A stretch of 63,640 nucleotides of DNA from Setoptus koraiensis (GCA_048013815.1 CM106585.1:20584361-20648000); one strand, 5' to 3'. Numbered from the stretch's first letter, positions 50,701 to 62,722 are shown. Notes: generated by a model not told the origin, from the letters alone. Program-made: numbers and translations.

Positions 50701-53700
50701 ATTATAATTGTGCGCGAGAGAGCATGATCATAACAGCAACATCATAAATATTATTAGGCTATTAAAGTCATTAGGATGTCGTCATTTTTGTGGCTTCTCT
50801 CGACTAACTAGTGTGGGCTTGACTTTTGGTATATAATAGCTTAGACCCTTATGATGTTGTCATGTTTAACATAAAGATTGCAGTTATATAATGTCTATTG
50901 TGAGGCATTAATCAAATCTAATTGAACACACTATTCTCCTACTGTGTTGTTCTTGTAGCTGTTTGTTAGCTTTTGATATTTTAATTAACTTCATTCAAGT
51001 TAATCAATCTTTTGTAAGTGTTTCACGTTTTATCTAACTATGTGTGATAATGTGTGGCATTGTAGGGCCACAATTTGACACACAATTTCCCGAACTGTTC
51101 AAGGAAGAGGACGATTTCCGACACTGGCAAGATACTTTACACGCTAACTACTCCATTAGCCACAATGATATTGAAGTTAGATGTAAAGCTGTTGTTGCTG
51201 TTGTCGCTACTTAGAGATAATGAGTCCTAATCTTGACTGTCTATTTGATCTATCGACCAAATGTTTATCGATTAACTAACCATTATTTATCTCATTATAT
51301 TCCCATTACTTAATCATCATGTTATTATCATCAACTGACAACAAAATTGCAACAACAACAAATCAACATTGAATAACTATGCTTCAAAACGAACATCTTC
51401 ATCAATTGTTTCCGTAAAATTGCCACTAATGTGACGCTGCAATCCGACACCAACAACTTAACAATAATTTCTACCAACTTTAACTCCAATAATGAATGCT
51501 ATTATTAACGATGAAACAACTACATCAACTCATTGATGTAATTTTCCTGTCGTTTTAAATGACTTATCGTGGCAATTCCACTTGAAAACCACTCATCAAC
51601 CTGTTTGTGCTTGTTTGTGTTTATGATTTGACATCGCTATGATAATGGTGTCTCTAATGAATCTCGACAAACAACAATTTATTACTATGGCTACTATCAA
51701 CTACTTGAAATTATTCACTAACATCAATGTTAACATCATCATCATTATTGTGATTATCATCATCATCTGTTGTTGTTCTAAAACTAAACAACACATAACT
51801 TGAATCCACTTACCTAATGACCACCATGACCATCGCATCATTGTCATGCATCCTACGTTGCGCCTTGACGATATATGAAAAAAAAATCCATTCTAATGAA
51901 TTCAATTTTTATCATCAAATTGATTCTTATTATACATTATCATGACGATGGTTCGCACACAAATGATTTACTCCCTTGTCATCAATGTGCATTCATCACG
52001 GCCACCGTCATCCTCTGCTTCTAATTCCAACACTGCCACCGATCGCAACTGAAAAAAAAACAAAATTAATAACGCTAATGTCTTCATCTACATAAAAAAC
52101 AACTATCTATTTCCATTTGCCCGCTTAACCTAAATATGATACACTCACACACATACAAACATGAAAAAACACAAAAAAACTAAAAAATGGCGTCTCTTCT
52201 GCTTGAAACTCGACAAACTGGTCGTCCTATACCATTTAAAAAATAATATGATTTCCCCTTGCCGCTATTATCAACATATGTGAACACTACACTTGGCTAA
52301 TGACATAATCTCATTGGAAACTCGATACCATCATCGCGTTAATCATATTTTCAACGCTTCGCCCATGTTGCGTCACCAACTCGAAACGAAATTGCTGTTG
52401 TTGTTAAAATCAAATTATCCACATGTGTGCTGCCTATTGTGCGCGTCACCCAACCGATGTTATTTATCATTGTCGGTCGGTCGCCCTAACCAAACCAACT
52501 TGATATTATTGTGTGCTGTCCGAACTTGATATAATCATCACTCATTGTATGTCTGTGTATGACGACGGCAACAACAACAACAACAGTCAAACATTGACAT
52601 ATTGTGTACGATTTCACAAGCGAGCAAACAGCTTGATTGAGATCGAGTTCTTTCAGCGTTCACATCACAATGACGAATCATGTAGTGACATCCATCCAGC
52701 AACATCACCCACACATATTATAACTCTTACAAGTAAGTACTTATGCTTATATATATTGATATAAATAATGATAATAGTAATAGTATATTGATAATAATAA
52801 CGGCAAAGGCGGTTATAATAGGAAATAAGCAGATTCTTTCTAAAGAGATGCATCTGTATTAGTAGGTAGTGTTAGTAGGAGGCACACAAAAGGGCGATAA
52901 TAATCTCTCTTTCTCTCTGGCTGACTCATCCAAAACGGTGCACCTACTTGAGAGGAAAGAAGCAACACAAGTAGTGTACACAAAGTGAGAGGAGGAGAGT
53001 TCATTAAATTATATACAGTATTTCGAACTGGTGGAGCGGCATTGCCTTCGCTTCACCAGTTCGATATAGCGGTGCTCTATATTTGACCGAAGCCAATATA
53101 AACTTTGCTGCTTGCTATCGGGCGACAGTGTTCGGTTTAAATCCAGTCTTCGAATTGCGCTACTTATCGTGTGTGGCAGATCATTTCTCACACATGACAC
53201 AACCGAATGTTGCCATGCCCAATCCACTCAGATATAATATAATAATGCCTCTCCGGTGTATGATATATGTGGCACACAAATATATCATAGAAATGATACA
53301 TTTGTTTGTGTGTATGATATTGAGATAGATTGAGCGCGAAAGAGAAAGAGAATAATGAAAGAAAAGTTCCGTTCCGATAATTTCGAATAGTTCTAAATTC
53401 GTTGCGCCGCTTTTGTCACATTGAGGCGAGTTTAGAAAATGAGCAATAAGACATTTCATATCTCATCTCTCTCACTCTGATTGGGCCGCTATTATGCTCT
53501 GTGCTGGTGGAGGCATATGTTGGTGCCGTTATATGTTGTTTTGGCAGAGTGAGAGAGGGAGAGAAAGCGCCACCCATGACAATGACTAGTTTAATTGTCA
53601 ATTAAACAAACCATGAATCTTGCCTCTGCTCCTCCGCCATAGTGGCACTGTTACGCCTGTCAAACAATATTGTTCTGTCTCTCTACAAGCAACGGCTAGA

Positions 53701-56700
53701 CGATGGTAGCGATCAACAGCGAAAACGGCACAAAACAAAAACAATAAGACGACGATAAGAATTCAATCATGCCCTGAGGATCCTCAAATTTTATCTACAC
53801 ACAATCTGTTTGGCTTTGAGACGAACACATCGAGACAATAATAAGAATAGTATGTAGTTAGTTGCTTGTTAGTATTCTTTGGCACAAACTAACACTCGCA
53901 TTGCAAAGATCCATCTTTGTGTGTCCTATATAGCGTAAGCGTATGCATACACTTGTCTCGTTGGACATGGGTATGCCTCGGGCTGTTATTATTATTATGT
54001 TTGTGCCATGTCTAGAGTCATCATCTAGTCTAAATTATAGCCATAGTGTGTTTGTGTTGGGATAAGATTGGATGATGAGCATCAGTGCAAGTCCAACAGT
54101 AAAAGAATTGTTGGGCATGGCCGAAAATTGCAAAGCGAGAGCCGGATCGTGGTTGTTGCTGTTGTTCATTGTTTATACTGTCATTTATGCACTCATACTG
54201 ACCACAGGCCAGCGAGTGGCGTACCGACTGGCATCTATCATGGAGCTTATGGTCAGAGTCAGTTACTGGTGATTGTCTATATTACGACCAACGGAACATG
54301 AGCGAGCATGCCTTATAATGACGGCGACCACGACGGACACAACAACTTGTCTACTCCTTTAGCCCTCATTTTCGCCAGCATCATTGTGATGAATAGTGGC
54401 AGCGAGTCAGCGATGGGATTGGATTAATTTCAATTTAGCAAAGTGAAAAGAACAGAGCAGAATAGAAAGCGAGCCTTCGTTTGATTTTCGAAACGCTGCC
54501 GCGGACACACTGATTCATGGCAACAACCAGCACCTGATGTTTGGGCTGTGCATGTGTAAATGGACGACTCTAATTGAAATTATTATGATTCATTTGGCGA
54601 TGCTGATGACTGCAAACAAACAAACAAACAGATCGGGATTTTCACTGATCATTATTTTGCCGCCGCCGCCTCGCTTAATCTGGCCAGCGCTGGTGCTGGT
54701 GCCGGTGCTGCTGCATTCAGTCACTTTTCCTTGTGGCGTTTATAAGCTCTCTTTCATTTATGATGTCGGCTTGTCGTTTTCAAAATTATAATAAGCGACT
54801 ATATTCTTTTATGGCCAGCAAATAGATAGAGAGGAGCAGACAAGAGATCAGATTTCCCGTGAGAGAGAGAGAGCCTTTTATTCTGCCAGACTAATCGATC
54901 ATATAGCGGATAACTAGGCACCATCGCCACAGGTTTACTCGACGACAGTATTTATATGTTATTTGTAGCCGCGGGACGAGTCCGCTATATCGGTGCCGTC
55001 GTCGTCGTCGCAGTACTTGCTGTTGTTGATGTTTTCGCTGGCTGGTAAGGGCGAGTGCGTCTCTGAATTTGAATTTCTGCCTCAAATCTCAGAGTTGACC
55101 ATCCGGCGTTGGAATTCTTCTCTTCGGCAGGCGAACACAGACACACAATGATAGTTGACAGTTGCTTTCAATTATCACTTAACACCACCCAACATCGATG
55201 GTGTGTGACAAGCTCAAATTTGATTTAAGCGATTTTGCTTGTTGCTGGTGCTAGTGTGCGAATTTGCGAATTTGCATATATTTAAATTGTATTTACTCAA
55301 ATGGCTAGTTGAGGCGATATACGACAGAGCGAGAGAACATGATTTTGCTGCAATGCGAAATCAAGGTGTGTCTGTCAGCGATAGAACGCGAGATATCTAC
55401 ATATTTATATATAACGTTATAGCGGTATCTACAGTATGGTGTATTTATATATAGAGAGATAGGGAGACATTCCTGCAATTTATGAAATTGTTTCAACACC
55501 ACCACCACCACCACCAGTGAATGTGCCAACAATTTCGGGTGGACCCGAGCAAGCAGCCACCTACGTCGCCGTCACCGGTGCACCAGTCAGCACCGGTGGT
55601 GCCACACGATGTCAGATAGCATCTCATAATAATATGAAGAATGGGCTGTGTATGGGGCTTTAGGATCGAGCCAATTCGACAGGCAGCTAATCTGGCCATT
55701 GCAATATATCTAATCTTGCATCTTTGTCCGTGGCCGGCTGTTGTAATACAGCTATGCCTCTAAGTGGATGCCTCAAGAATATAAATAGCAGCGACTTGTT
55801 TCTTTCATCATACTCCTTTCTACTAATATAAATTAGATGAGATTATCTGCTGCTCTATGTCAAACGTGTATGTGTGGCTCGGTATTGGTCACGGTTTGAT
55901 TGAGCCGCGCTATCAAACTAGTCGACGACGACGACGACGACGACGGCCGTCTAATTCAAATATTGCAAAAGCCAGCCAAACCGAGAGAAGAAGAGGACAG
56001 TAATTTTTGCGTTCACCACTCCTATTTATATCTGGCTGCCGCCGCTCGGTGCCTGATCAATCATGTTCAATGATGCATCAAAGGCATCATCGCGGCCGTC
56101 GTCATCGCACATTTTGTTTTTGGCTTCTTCGAGCTGTTCGGCCAAGCAAGCGACCAAGTTGCTGCTTCCACTGACGACCACGACCGTCCAAAAGTGATTA
56201 AATTTACTTTTTTCATTGCGAGCCCCCGCCTGACCAACAGACCAGAGGCGGTTACTGAACCTGATAACTTGTCGGTAGGACCGATATCTATCGTGGCTGC
56301 TGCAGTCAGCAGTATATGTGGCAGTATATTATGGCAACAGCGCCATTGCCAACATTGAAGGGGGACATTGTCGCAAATTGTAGCAAATTTTGTGAGTGTC
56401 GCTAGTGCTGACGCGCCCGACATTATCTACTGCTGATACATATATGCATTTAATTGGTCAATTTAATGGTGATCATCAGTGCCACTTAGCTTTAGTGGCC
56501 GGCAATGATCTAACTCGTAAATATTTAATTGCTTTATTTTGTCCTCACTCGGTGTGTCTCAATTTAAGATCACGGCCACAGCATCTTCGTCCGCGAGCAA
56601 AATCTCTTGGACAATAAAAATGATAATTATCTGATTTGCCTAAGCTCTCTCTCTCTCCGGCTATCTGAGTCCATGAGTTTGTTGCTGTGCCTGGGCTGGC

Positions 56701-57815
56701 TGCTGGCCTTCTAAGTGGCCATCAAATGATTTGATTCAGATCAAACCATTAGAAGCAGCCTTATTTATATATCTTATTTAATTATCGACGCGTCCCTTAT
56801 CGCTGCCACTGCTGCCTATCATGCTATCATCGAATCTCAAAATCGTTCCTGGTGACTAATCAAACGTTGATTACGATTCTTGCTATTATTATCATTGTTC
56901 ACTCATTCTTAGGTGCCGAACAACAACCCTGCCCATTTGATGGAATATACAGTATAGAGGCGCCAATGGAAAGTGATCTATCATACAATCCGTCTGATTT
57001 GTTTGTCTGTCCGAGGCAATCATTTTTGGCGGCTCACTGTGATGATGCTAGTCTCATACACATACATTCCAAATGTAACATCAAAACGACCATTAAAAGT
57101 AAGTTAATTAATAATCCTCTCATCGGACTATCACTGTCATGATGATGATGATACCACTACTCAACTCAGGTAATAAAAAACTAAACTCTCTCGCTATTGC
57201 TTTACTTCCATATTATTATTTATTATGTTAATTGCCTTTATAGATTTATATTGTTTGGGCAGCTTCTACTGGCCGTCGCATGGATCGTTGGTGTTGTTGC
57301 TGTCGGACGACGATCGCCAAAGGTACCAGGCAATTATTCAACAACGTGATAATCAACAATTACAACAAGCTTACAACCACCACCACCATCACCACAACAA
57401 CATTCAAGCCCCCTCTAGTGATACTGCAATGCTACCTCCGCAACAACATATGAGATTCTTTAACAACGACTTGAATCAACGGCCCTCCATTATATCATCA
57501 TCGGCAGTTATAAACATGTCCATATCATCAATAACAAGCCCATATTTCAAGATTCCGCCTAGGAATGCCATGAGGGTCAAATTGATTCGCAAAAGTCAAT
57601 GCGTTGAGGTGTCTAGATCACAGATTGCCAGCAGTAGCAGTAGTAGTAGTAGCTCGTCTTCAGCGCCCTCCTCGGCACCAGCATCCTCTGCCGCCAACAA
57701 CCACAGGCAAACAAACTCTGTTAATTTGTTAATTACAATTATATCGTTATATCATTGTTTAAAATTTTTCTACTTTTGTAATAACAATATGAGAAGATTG
57801 GGTATTTTCGTTTAA
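47770..57815 (+). CDS. Cys-rich secreted or surface protein with a two-fold internal repeat, ~784 aa (recalled as resembling the arthropod DUF7042/7043/7044 family). Exons 47770-48679, 49069-49609, 52587-52732, 56913-57098, 57244-57815
   Basis: Signal-peptide-like start and hydrophobic C-terminus. Paired motifs: CQLPPTWAGKW / CNFPDYITGRQAW; CMVINERHINVLQ / CVRFHKRANSLIE; CPIIGQY / CPFDGIY; LKCYADW / LYCLGSF. All four GT-AG introns are phase-compatible (1,2,1,1) and the total of 2355 nt is divisible by 3. The family name is from memory and needs an HMM search. Confidence 0.8.
51225..52586 (+). other. AG-exclusion zone of 1,360 nt ending at the exon 3 acceptor
   Basis: The last upstream AG is at 51223-51224 and the next AG is at 52585-52586. 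Checked line by line, including block boundaries. Confidence 0.9.
53019..53068. ncRNA. Intronic ~19-bp hairpin, candidate pre-miRNA
   Basis: TAT-T-TCGAACTGGTG-G-AGCG pairs with CGCT-T-CACCAGTTCGA-T-ATA, with one G.U pair, one mismatch and a 10-nt loop. Confidence 0.25.
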
Positions 57816-58012
57816 AGATAGTAGATAGTCTATATGTAGATATTTATAGAGCACTATTATTATTATTAGCGAATTGCCTGATTGGATTATTGTATTGTAA
57901 TAGTAGCGGTAATAAATGTGAGAATATAATTCGATCTCAGTCTTGCAAAGAACGAGGAAGAGCTATATGAAAATCTCACGCCAGATCTCATCATCGTTAC
58001 CATCATTGTCGA

Positions 58013-59635
58013 TTAGGCTCTATCGATTTTCATATTAACTGCTCGTTGAACTCTTGATGCTCGTTTTCTTTCCTGTTGTGTCCTCATGTATTTATCTAAC
58101 ATGTTCATTTGTTTCTTGCTATTCCTACTTATTTCAGCGTCTACGTTGGATTTAGGACGTATCACATAATCTTTCATCGAGGGCTGAGGCACCCTGGCTC
58201 GCGGAATCCAACCCTTCTCACCAGGTCGTGATGCAACGGGGGCTTGAGCAGTAGATTCTTTAGCCTTGGAAGCTGCAGGTGTGGCCTGATTTCTGTTGCG
58301 ACCCTCTGTTTCGCTGTCCGAATCTTCTTCTACGATTCCACTACTTCTACGGTGTTTATTTCTGAGATCCAAATCGCGTTGCTCTCTTTCCTCTTTAGTC
58401 ATTGAGCTGAAACTAGTATCTAGTTGGAATATCGGCCTCGACCATGAGCCGATCAATTGACGGGCACGTGCCTTATTTTCTTTGGTCTCTTTTGGGTGTT
58501 TGTACAAATACATAATGGCCTTGCCAATTCCACTGGCCTTAATTTTATCCGTGTCATAAATATTAAACTCCAGAAGCAACTTCATAAGACTTTCTCTGAT
58601 ATTTGTGTGAGGTAGGCTACGATCAGGCAGTGGTGTCAACCAATCTGTTATAACACTCAACACTCCTGAATCTAGAAAGGCGTCTCGGAGGTCCACTTTT
58701 CTCAGTTGACGCGTGACAAATGGTAATAATTTAAGTTTTCTGGTAGCGGTCATACAATTCTTATTTAATTGGAAATCCTCATCGACAGCTGATTTCATTT
58801 GTCTGATAATATCGTCGATAATGTCATCGTTATCATTGATTATGTCATAATTTCTCCTTTTTCGCCTCCTACTGTTTTCCTCTTTTTTCTTTGCCATCAT
58901 TATGTCGAAATCATACACCATATTCGAGGATTGATTGCCTACACGTTTATCATCATCGCTACTATCATCATCAGAGATATCTGGCAGGGCAGCATCACCG
59001 TCACCCTCATTATTATCGTCATCCTGATCCTCGTTGTTTTTAGCCCTTTCGTCATCATCATCACTTTTTTGTTCCGAGTTATCTTTCTCAGCAGCCCCAT
59101 CTTCATTGTCGCTTTTTTCATCATCATCATCACTATCCTGAATAGCCTTCCTTCCAGAGCTCATAGGATCGTTTGAGTAATCATCGTCGAGTTCTTTATT
59201 GGTATTGTCTTCGTCATCGTCCTCATCATCATCCTCTTGGATTTTTTTTCTTTTTTCAACCCCACTAAATGCTTGATCTTCTTCCTCATCATCATCCAGT
59301 ATGCGACGTTTTTTACGTTGCACCACACCATCATCATCGTCGTCGTCGTCATCCTCGTCCTTGCTCCCCTCGCCATCATCGTCTTTCTGTTCACCCTCGG
59401 AGATATCATTTGAGTTTCCATATTTCGGAATATTACTTGTGAGACTGGAGAATTCCTCTTCATCCTCCTCATCCGAAGAACCGAATATGTCTGTGATGTC
59501 TTCAGATGGTTTTAGGCGTTCTTCTATAGCCCTCTCTCGTTGCCAGTTATTTTTCTCTAAAGCAGCTCGAGCCTTTTTCTTATTCATTCCGGTTGCGTTC
59601 ATAACCCATTCGATATCTTTCTCTTTGGTAGACAT
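58013..59635 (-). CDS. IWS1: Transcription elongation factor IWS1/Spn1, 540 aa, intronless
   Basis: Acidic disordered N-half, then a TFIIS-N-like domain (FLDSGVLSVITDWLTPLPDRSLP...SGIGKAIMYLYKHPKETKENK...LIGSWSRPIF) and GWIPRARVPQPSMKDYVIRP. Confidence 0.95.
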   Translation of the reverse strand: MSTKEKDIEWVMNATGMNKKKARAALEKNNWQRERAIEERLKPSEDITDIFGSSDEEDEEEFSSLTSNIPKYGNSNDISEGEQKDDDGEGSKDEDDDDDDDDGVVQRKKRRILDDDEEEDQAFSGVEKRKKIQEDDDEDDDEDNTNKELDDDYSNDPMSSGRKAIQDSDDDDEKSDNEDGAAEKDNSEQKSDDDDERAKNNEDQDDDNNEGDGDAALPDISDDDSSDDDKRVGNQSSNMVYDFDIMMAKKKEENSRRRKRRNYDIINDNDDIIDDIIRQMKSAVDEDFQLNKNCMTATRKLKLLPFVTRQLRKVDLRDAFLDSGVLSVITDWLTPLPDRSLPHTNIRESLMKLLLEFNIYDTDKIKASGIGKAIMYLYKHPKETKENKARARQLIGSWSRPIFQLDTSFSSMTKEEREQRDLDLRNKHRRSSGIVEEDSDSETEGRNRNQATPAASKAKESTAQAPVASRPGEKGWIPRARVPQPSMKDYVIRPKSNVDAEISRNSKKQMNMLDKYMRTQQERKRASRVQRAVNMKIDRA

Positions 59636-60337
59636 GACGGACAATTTATTTGTTGCAATATAATCAATTGATTAATACAAATGGACAATAACGTTTTAAT
59701 CGGTGGATGGTTCACTAATTTTTGTGATTAAATTTTCTTCGATGATTCTATGCATGCATTCGATTGCATGAACTGATTCAATATGAATTTGTATTTGTGT
59801 TTTGCTGCTGATTGTGTAATAAATATGTGGCAGATTAAAATTGGACCCCTGAACAAGAATAATAAATCATTGTGCTGATCATAATATTAATAATAATAAT
59901 AATAATAAAAGAAAAAAATTCAAGAGCAAAACTATTCAGGTGCCCATGTTGTCGTTGTAAACACCGTACACACGAACTTGCATCTTTTACTACCTCGCGC
60001 ACACTCATACAAATACCCTAGTACAATTATGTACATTTTCTACCGAAAATTGGGCGTGCAGTCAGGGTATTGGCTTGTACCGAGAACTCATATGGTGAAG
60101 CGCATTTAATCGGGACACTGTGCATGTAACCTTAACAGACTGACTGGAATCGAGAGAGCACATGACCGATAGGGAAAAATATTTTGATCGTCATTGCTCC
60201 ATCTTGACTACTGTTGACTATCCATTGATTATTATTGCCAATGAATCACAGGAGCACATTATCATCCTATTTAATATACATCTAATCAACTCACAGCCGA
60301 CAATAACAGTCGTGGACAATCGCCTCACTCAACCGTC

Positions 60338-62722
60338 ATGTCTCTCATAGCCAGATTTGGTAGCCTTGGCAAGATCAATTGTAAGCGCACCCTGCCTCTA
60401 TCATTGAGACTGTTGTCATATAATCAAGCCAACAGAATATTGTACGGCCTACATGGACGAACAACACCAAAACAGGATAATGTATATCTATTAAATTCTA
60501 TCATTCTCGATGGATCAAATGCACTCAAGGATGCATTCAGGAAGCTACATTTTCACGAAAATATAACCTCTGCGCCTAGATTAACGGAGTTGCGAACATT
60601 GCTCACTCGCTTGCTGGATCTCTGCTCTAAAACTAATCAAACAAACGATACTACTAAGAACAACAAACAAGATTCTGACAATGCTAAAAAATCCAATCCC
60701 AAACCATCAGAAGAATCCGCTGATGCATTTAAGCAGGCCCTGGGGAGAATCATGAAAGAATACGATTCCATAAAGGAATCTATGGAACAACAGCAACAAC
60801 AGCAAGGCGGACCCTCCGGAGGCAAAAACAAAGATGGCAACGACAATAGCACAAGAAATCTTGCCATACAAACATTTCTGGCCGTCAATCTGGCTATACT
60901 TGTCTATCAGCTTTACGATATGGGTAACTATCAGGAGATCACCATGAAAGACTTTTTGAACTATGTGAAGCTGGGTAAAGTGGCCAAAGTTGAAGTCGTC
61001 AACAAAAAGTGGGTCAAAGTATTTGAGCATGCAGGCGAGAACAGAAAGATAATGTGGTTCAATATAGGCAGTGTTGACTCGTTCGAGAGGAGTTTATACA
61101 TTACTCAACATGAGTCCCAAATAGAACCTCAGAATCATATACCCGTATTCTATAGGAGCAAAGTGGAATACCTTGCTCTCATTTTCAATATGTTACCAAC
61201 TATACTCATATTTGGCGCTATCTACTACTTTATGCGACGAGCCGGAGGTATTGTCGGCGGCAAGGGTCGCAAGGGCGGCCTTTTCGGTATGTCTTCATCA
61301 CCTGCAAAAATCGTCAATCCGGCCGATATTGGTGTCACATTTAAAGATGTTGCCGGCTGCGAGGAGGCCAAAATGGAAATAATGGAGTTCGTGAATTTTC
61401 TAAAAAACCCACAAAAATACACCGATCTCGGAGCCAAAATACCAAAAGGTGCATTATTGACTGGGCCTCCGGGCACCGGTAAGACACTGTTGGCCAAGGC
61501 TACTGCCGGAGAGGCAAGTGTACCGTTTATCAGTGTGTCAGGTTCAGAGTTTCTAGAAATGTTCGTTGGTGTTGGTCCATCCAGGATACGTGATATGTTT
61601 GCTATCGCCCGCAAACAGTCTCCCTCGATATTATTTATTGATGAAATAGATGCCGTTGGTAGAAAGAGGAGTAACAGGAGTTTCGGACCAGCCGAGGCGG
61701 AAAACACTCTCAATCAGCTTCTAGTCGAAATGGATGGTTTCAACACAACTACAAATGTTGTCGTTATGGCTGCTACCAACAGGGCTGATATTTTAGATCA
61801 AGCTCTGCTTAGGCCGGGTCGATTTGATCGTCAGATATACGTTCCCGCGCCAGACATAAAAGGAAGATCTGAAATATTTCAAGTTCATTTGAAACCCATC
61901 AAAACAACACTGACTCTGCCAGAATTATCTCGTAAAATGGCTGCCCTAACTCCAGGTTTCACTGGAGCTGATATTGCCAATGTTTGCAATGAAGCCGCCC
62001 TTATAGCTGCTCGGGATAACGGCGAAACTGTTATTTTAAAACATTTTGAACAAGCCATTGAAAGAGTGATAGCCGGTATGGAGAAAAAGACCAATGTTAT
62101 GCAACCGGATGAGAAAAAGACGGTGGCCTACCACGAGGCCGGACATGCAGTGGCGGGATGGTTCCTAGAGCATGCCGATCCCCTATTAAAAGTATCTATA
62201 ATACCTCGCGGCAAAGGTCTAGGTTATGCACAATACTTGCCAAAGGAACAGTTCCTATATACAAAGGAGCAATTATTAGATCGTATGTGTATGACGTTAG
62301 GTGGCAGGGCCTCAGAGCAAATCTTTTTCAATAAAATAACCACCGGCGCCCAGGATGATTTGCAGAAGATAACTCAGATCGCCTACTCACAAGTGGTACA
62401 ATTTGGAATGAGCGAAAAAGTTGGTAATCTATCGTTTGATCTCCAGAAGGCCGGCGAACCGATGTTTGAGAAGCCATATAGTGAGACAACAGCGCAATTA
62501 ATCGATTCTGAAGTTAAAATATTGGTTGACTCAGCATACAAGAGGGTAATAGAGTTGCTAACTAAGAACAAAAGTCAAGTAGAAAGAGTGGCAAAGCGTT
62601 TATTGGAAAAAGAGAGTCTAAACAGAGAGGATATGATTGAGTTATTAGGCCAGAGGCCGTTCAAAGAGAAGTCAACTTATGAGGAATTTGTTGCTGGAAC
62701 TAGTGCCGAAGAGAAACTCTAA
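60338..62722 (+). CDS. AFG3L2: Mitochondrial m-AAA protease, 794 aa, coding sequence intronless
   Basis: [11 protein letters not shown], Walker A GPPGTGKT, Walker [20 protein letters not shown] and the zinc motif [17 protein letters not shown]-domain and two hydrophobic segments. Confidence 0.95.
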   Translation: MSLIARFGSLGKINCKRTLPLSLRLLSYNQANRILYGLHGRTTPKQDNVYLLNSIILDGSNALKDAFRKLHFHENITSAPRLTELRTLLTRLLDLCSKTNQTNDTTKNNKQDSDNAKKSNPKPSEESADAFKQALGRIMKEYDSIKESMEQQQQQQGGPSGGKNKDGNDNSTRNLAIQTFLAVNLAILVYQLYDMGNYQEITMKDFLNYVKLGKVAKVEVVNKKWVKVFEHAGENRKIMWFNIGSVDSFERSLYITQHESQIEPQNHIPVFYRSKVEYLALIFNMLPTILIFGAIYYFMRRAGGIVGGKGRKGGLFGMSSSPAKIVNPADIGVTFKDVAGCEEAKMEIMEFVNFLKNPQKYTDLGAKIPKGALLTGPPGTGKTLLAKATAGEASVPFISVSGSEFLEMFVGVGPSRIRDMFAIARKQSPSILFIDEIDAVGRKRSNRSFGPAEAENTLNQLLVEMDGFNTTTNVVVMAATNRADILDQALLRPGRFDRQIYVPAPDIKGRSEIFQVHLKPIKTTLTLPELSRKMAALTPGFTGADIANVCNEAALIAARDNGETVILKHFEQAIERVIAGMEKKTNVMQPDEKKTVAYHEAGHAVAGWFLEHADPLLKVSIIPRGKGLGYAQYLPKEQFLYTKEQLLDRMCMTLGGRASEQIFFNKITTGAQDDLQKITQIAYSQVVQFGMSEKVGNLSFDLQKAGEPMFEKPYSETTAQLIDSEVKILVDSAYKRVIELLTKNKSQVERVAKRLLEKESLNREDMIELLGQRPFKEKSTYEEFVAGTSAEEKL

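Noticed and set aside
51066-51180. Extra exon of the surface-protein gene after CATTGTAG (the frame FPELFKEEDDFRHWQ looks protein-like)
   Set aside because: In the phase required by exon 2 it hits TGA after four codons and has no good donor. It remains possible as a poison or terminal exon, but is unsupported.
59632-59831. 200-nt AG-free stretch in the IWS1/AFG3L2 spacer
   Set aside because: The region is very AT-rich and no downstream exon could be tied to it. It is much less extreme than the 1,360-nt zone.
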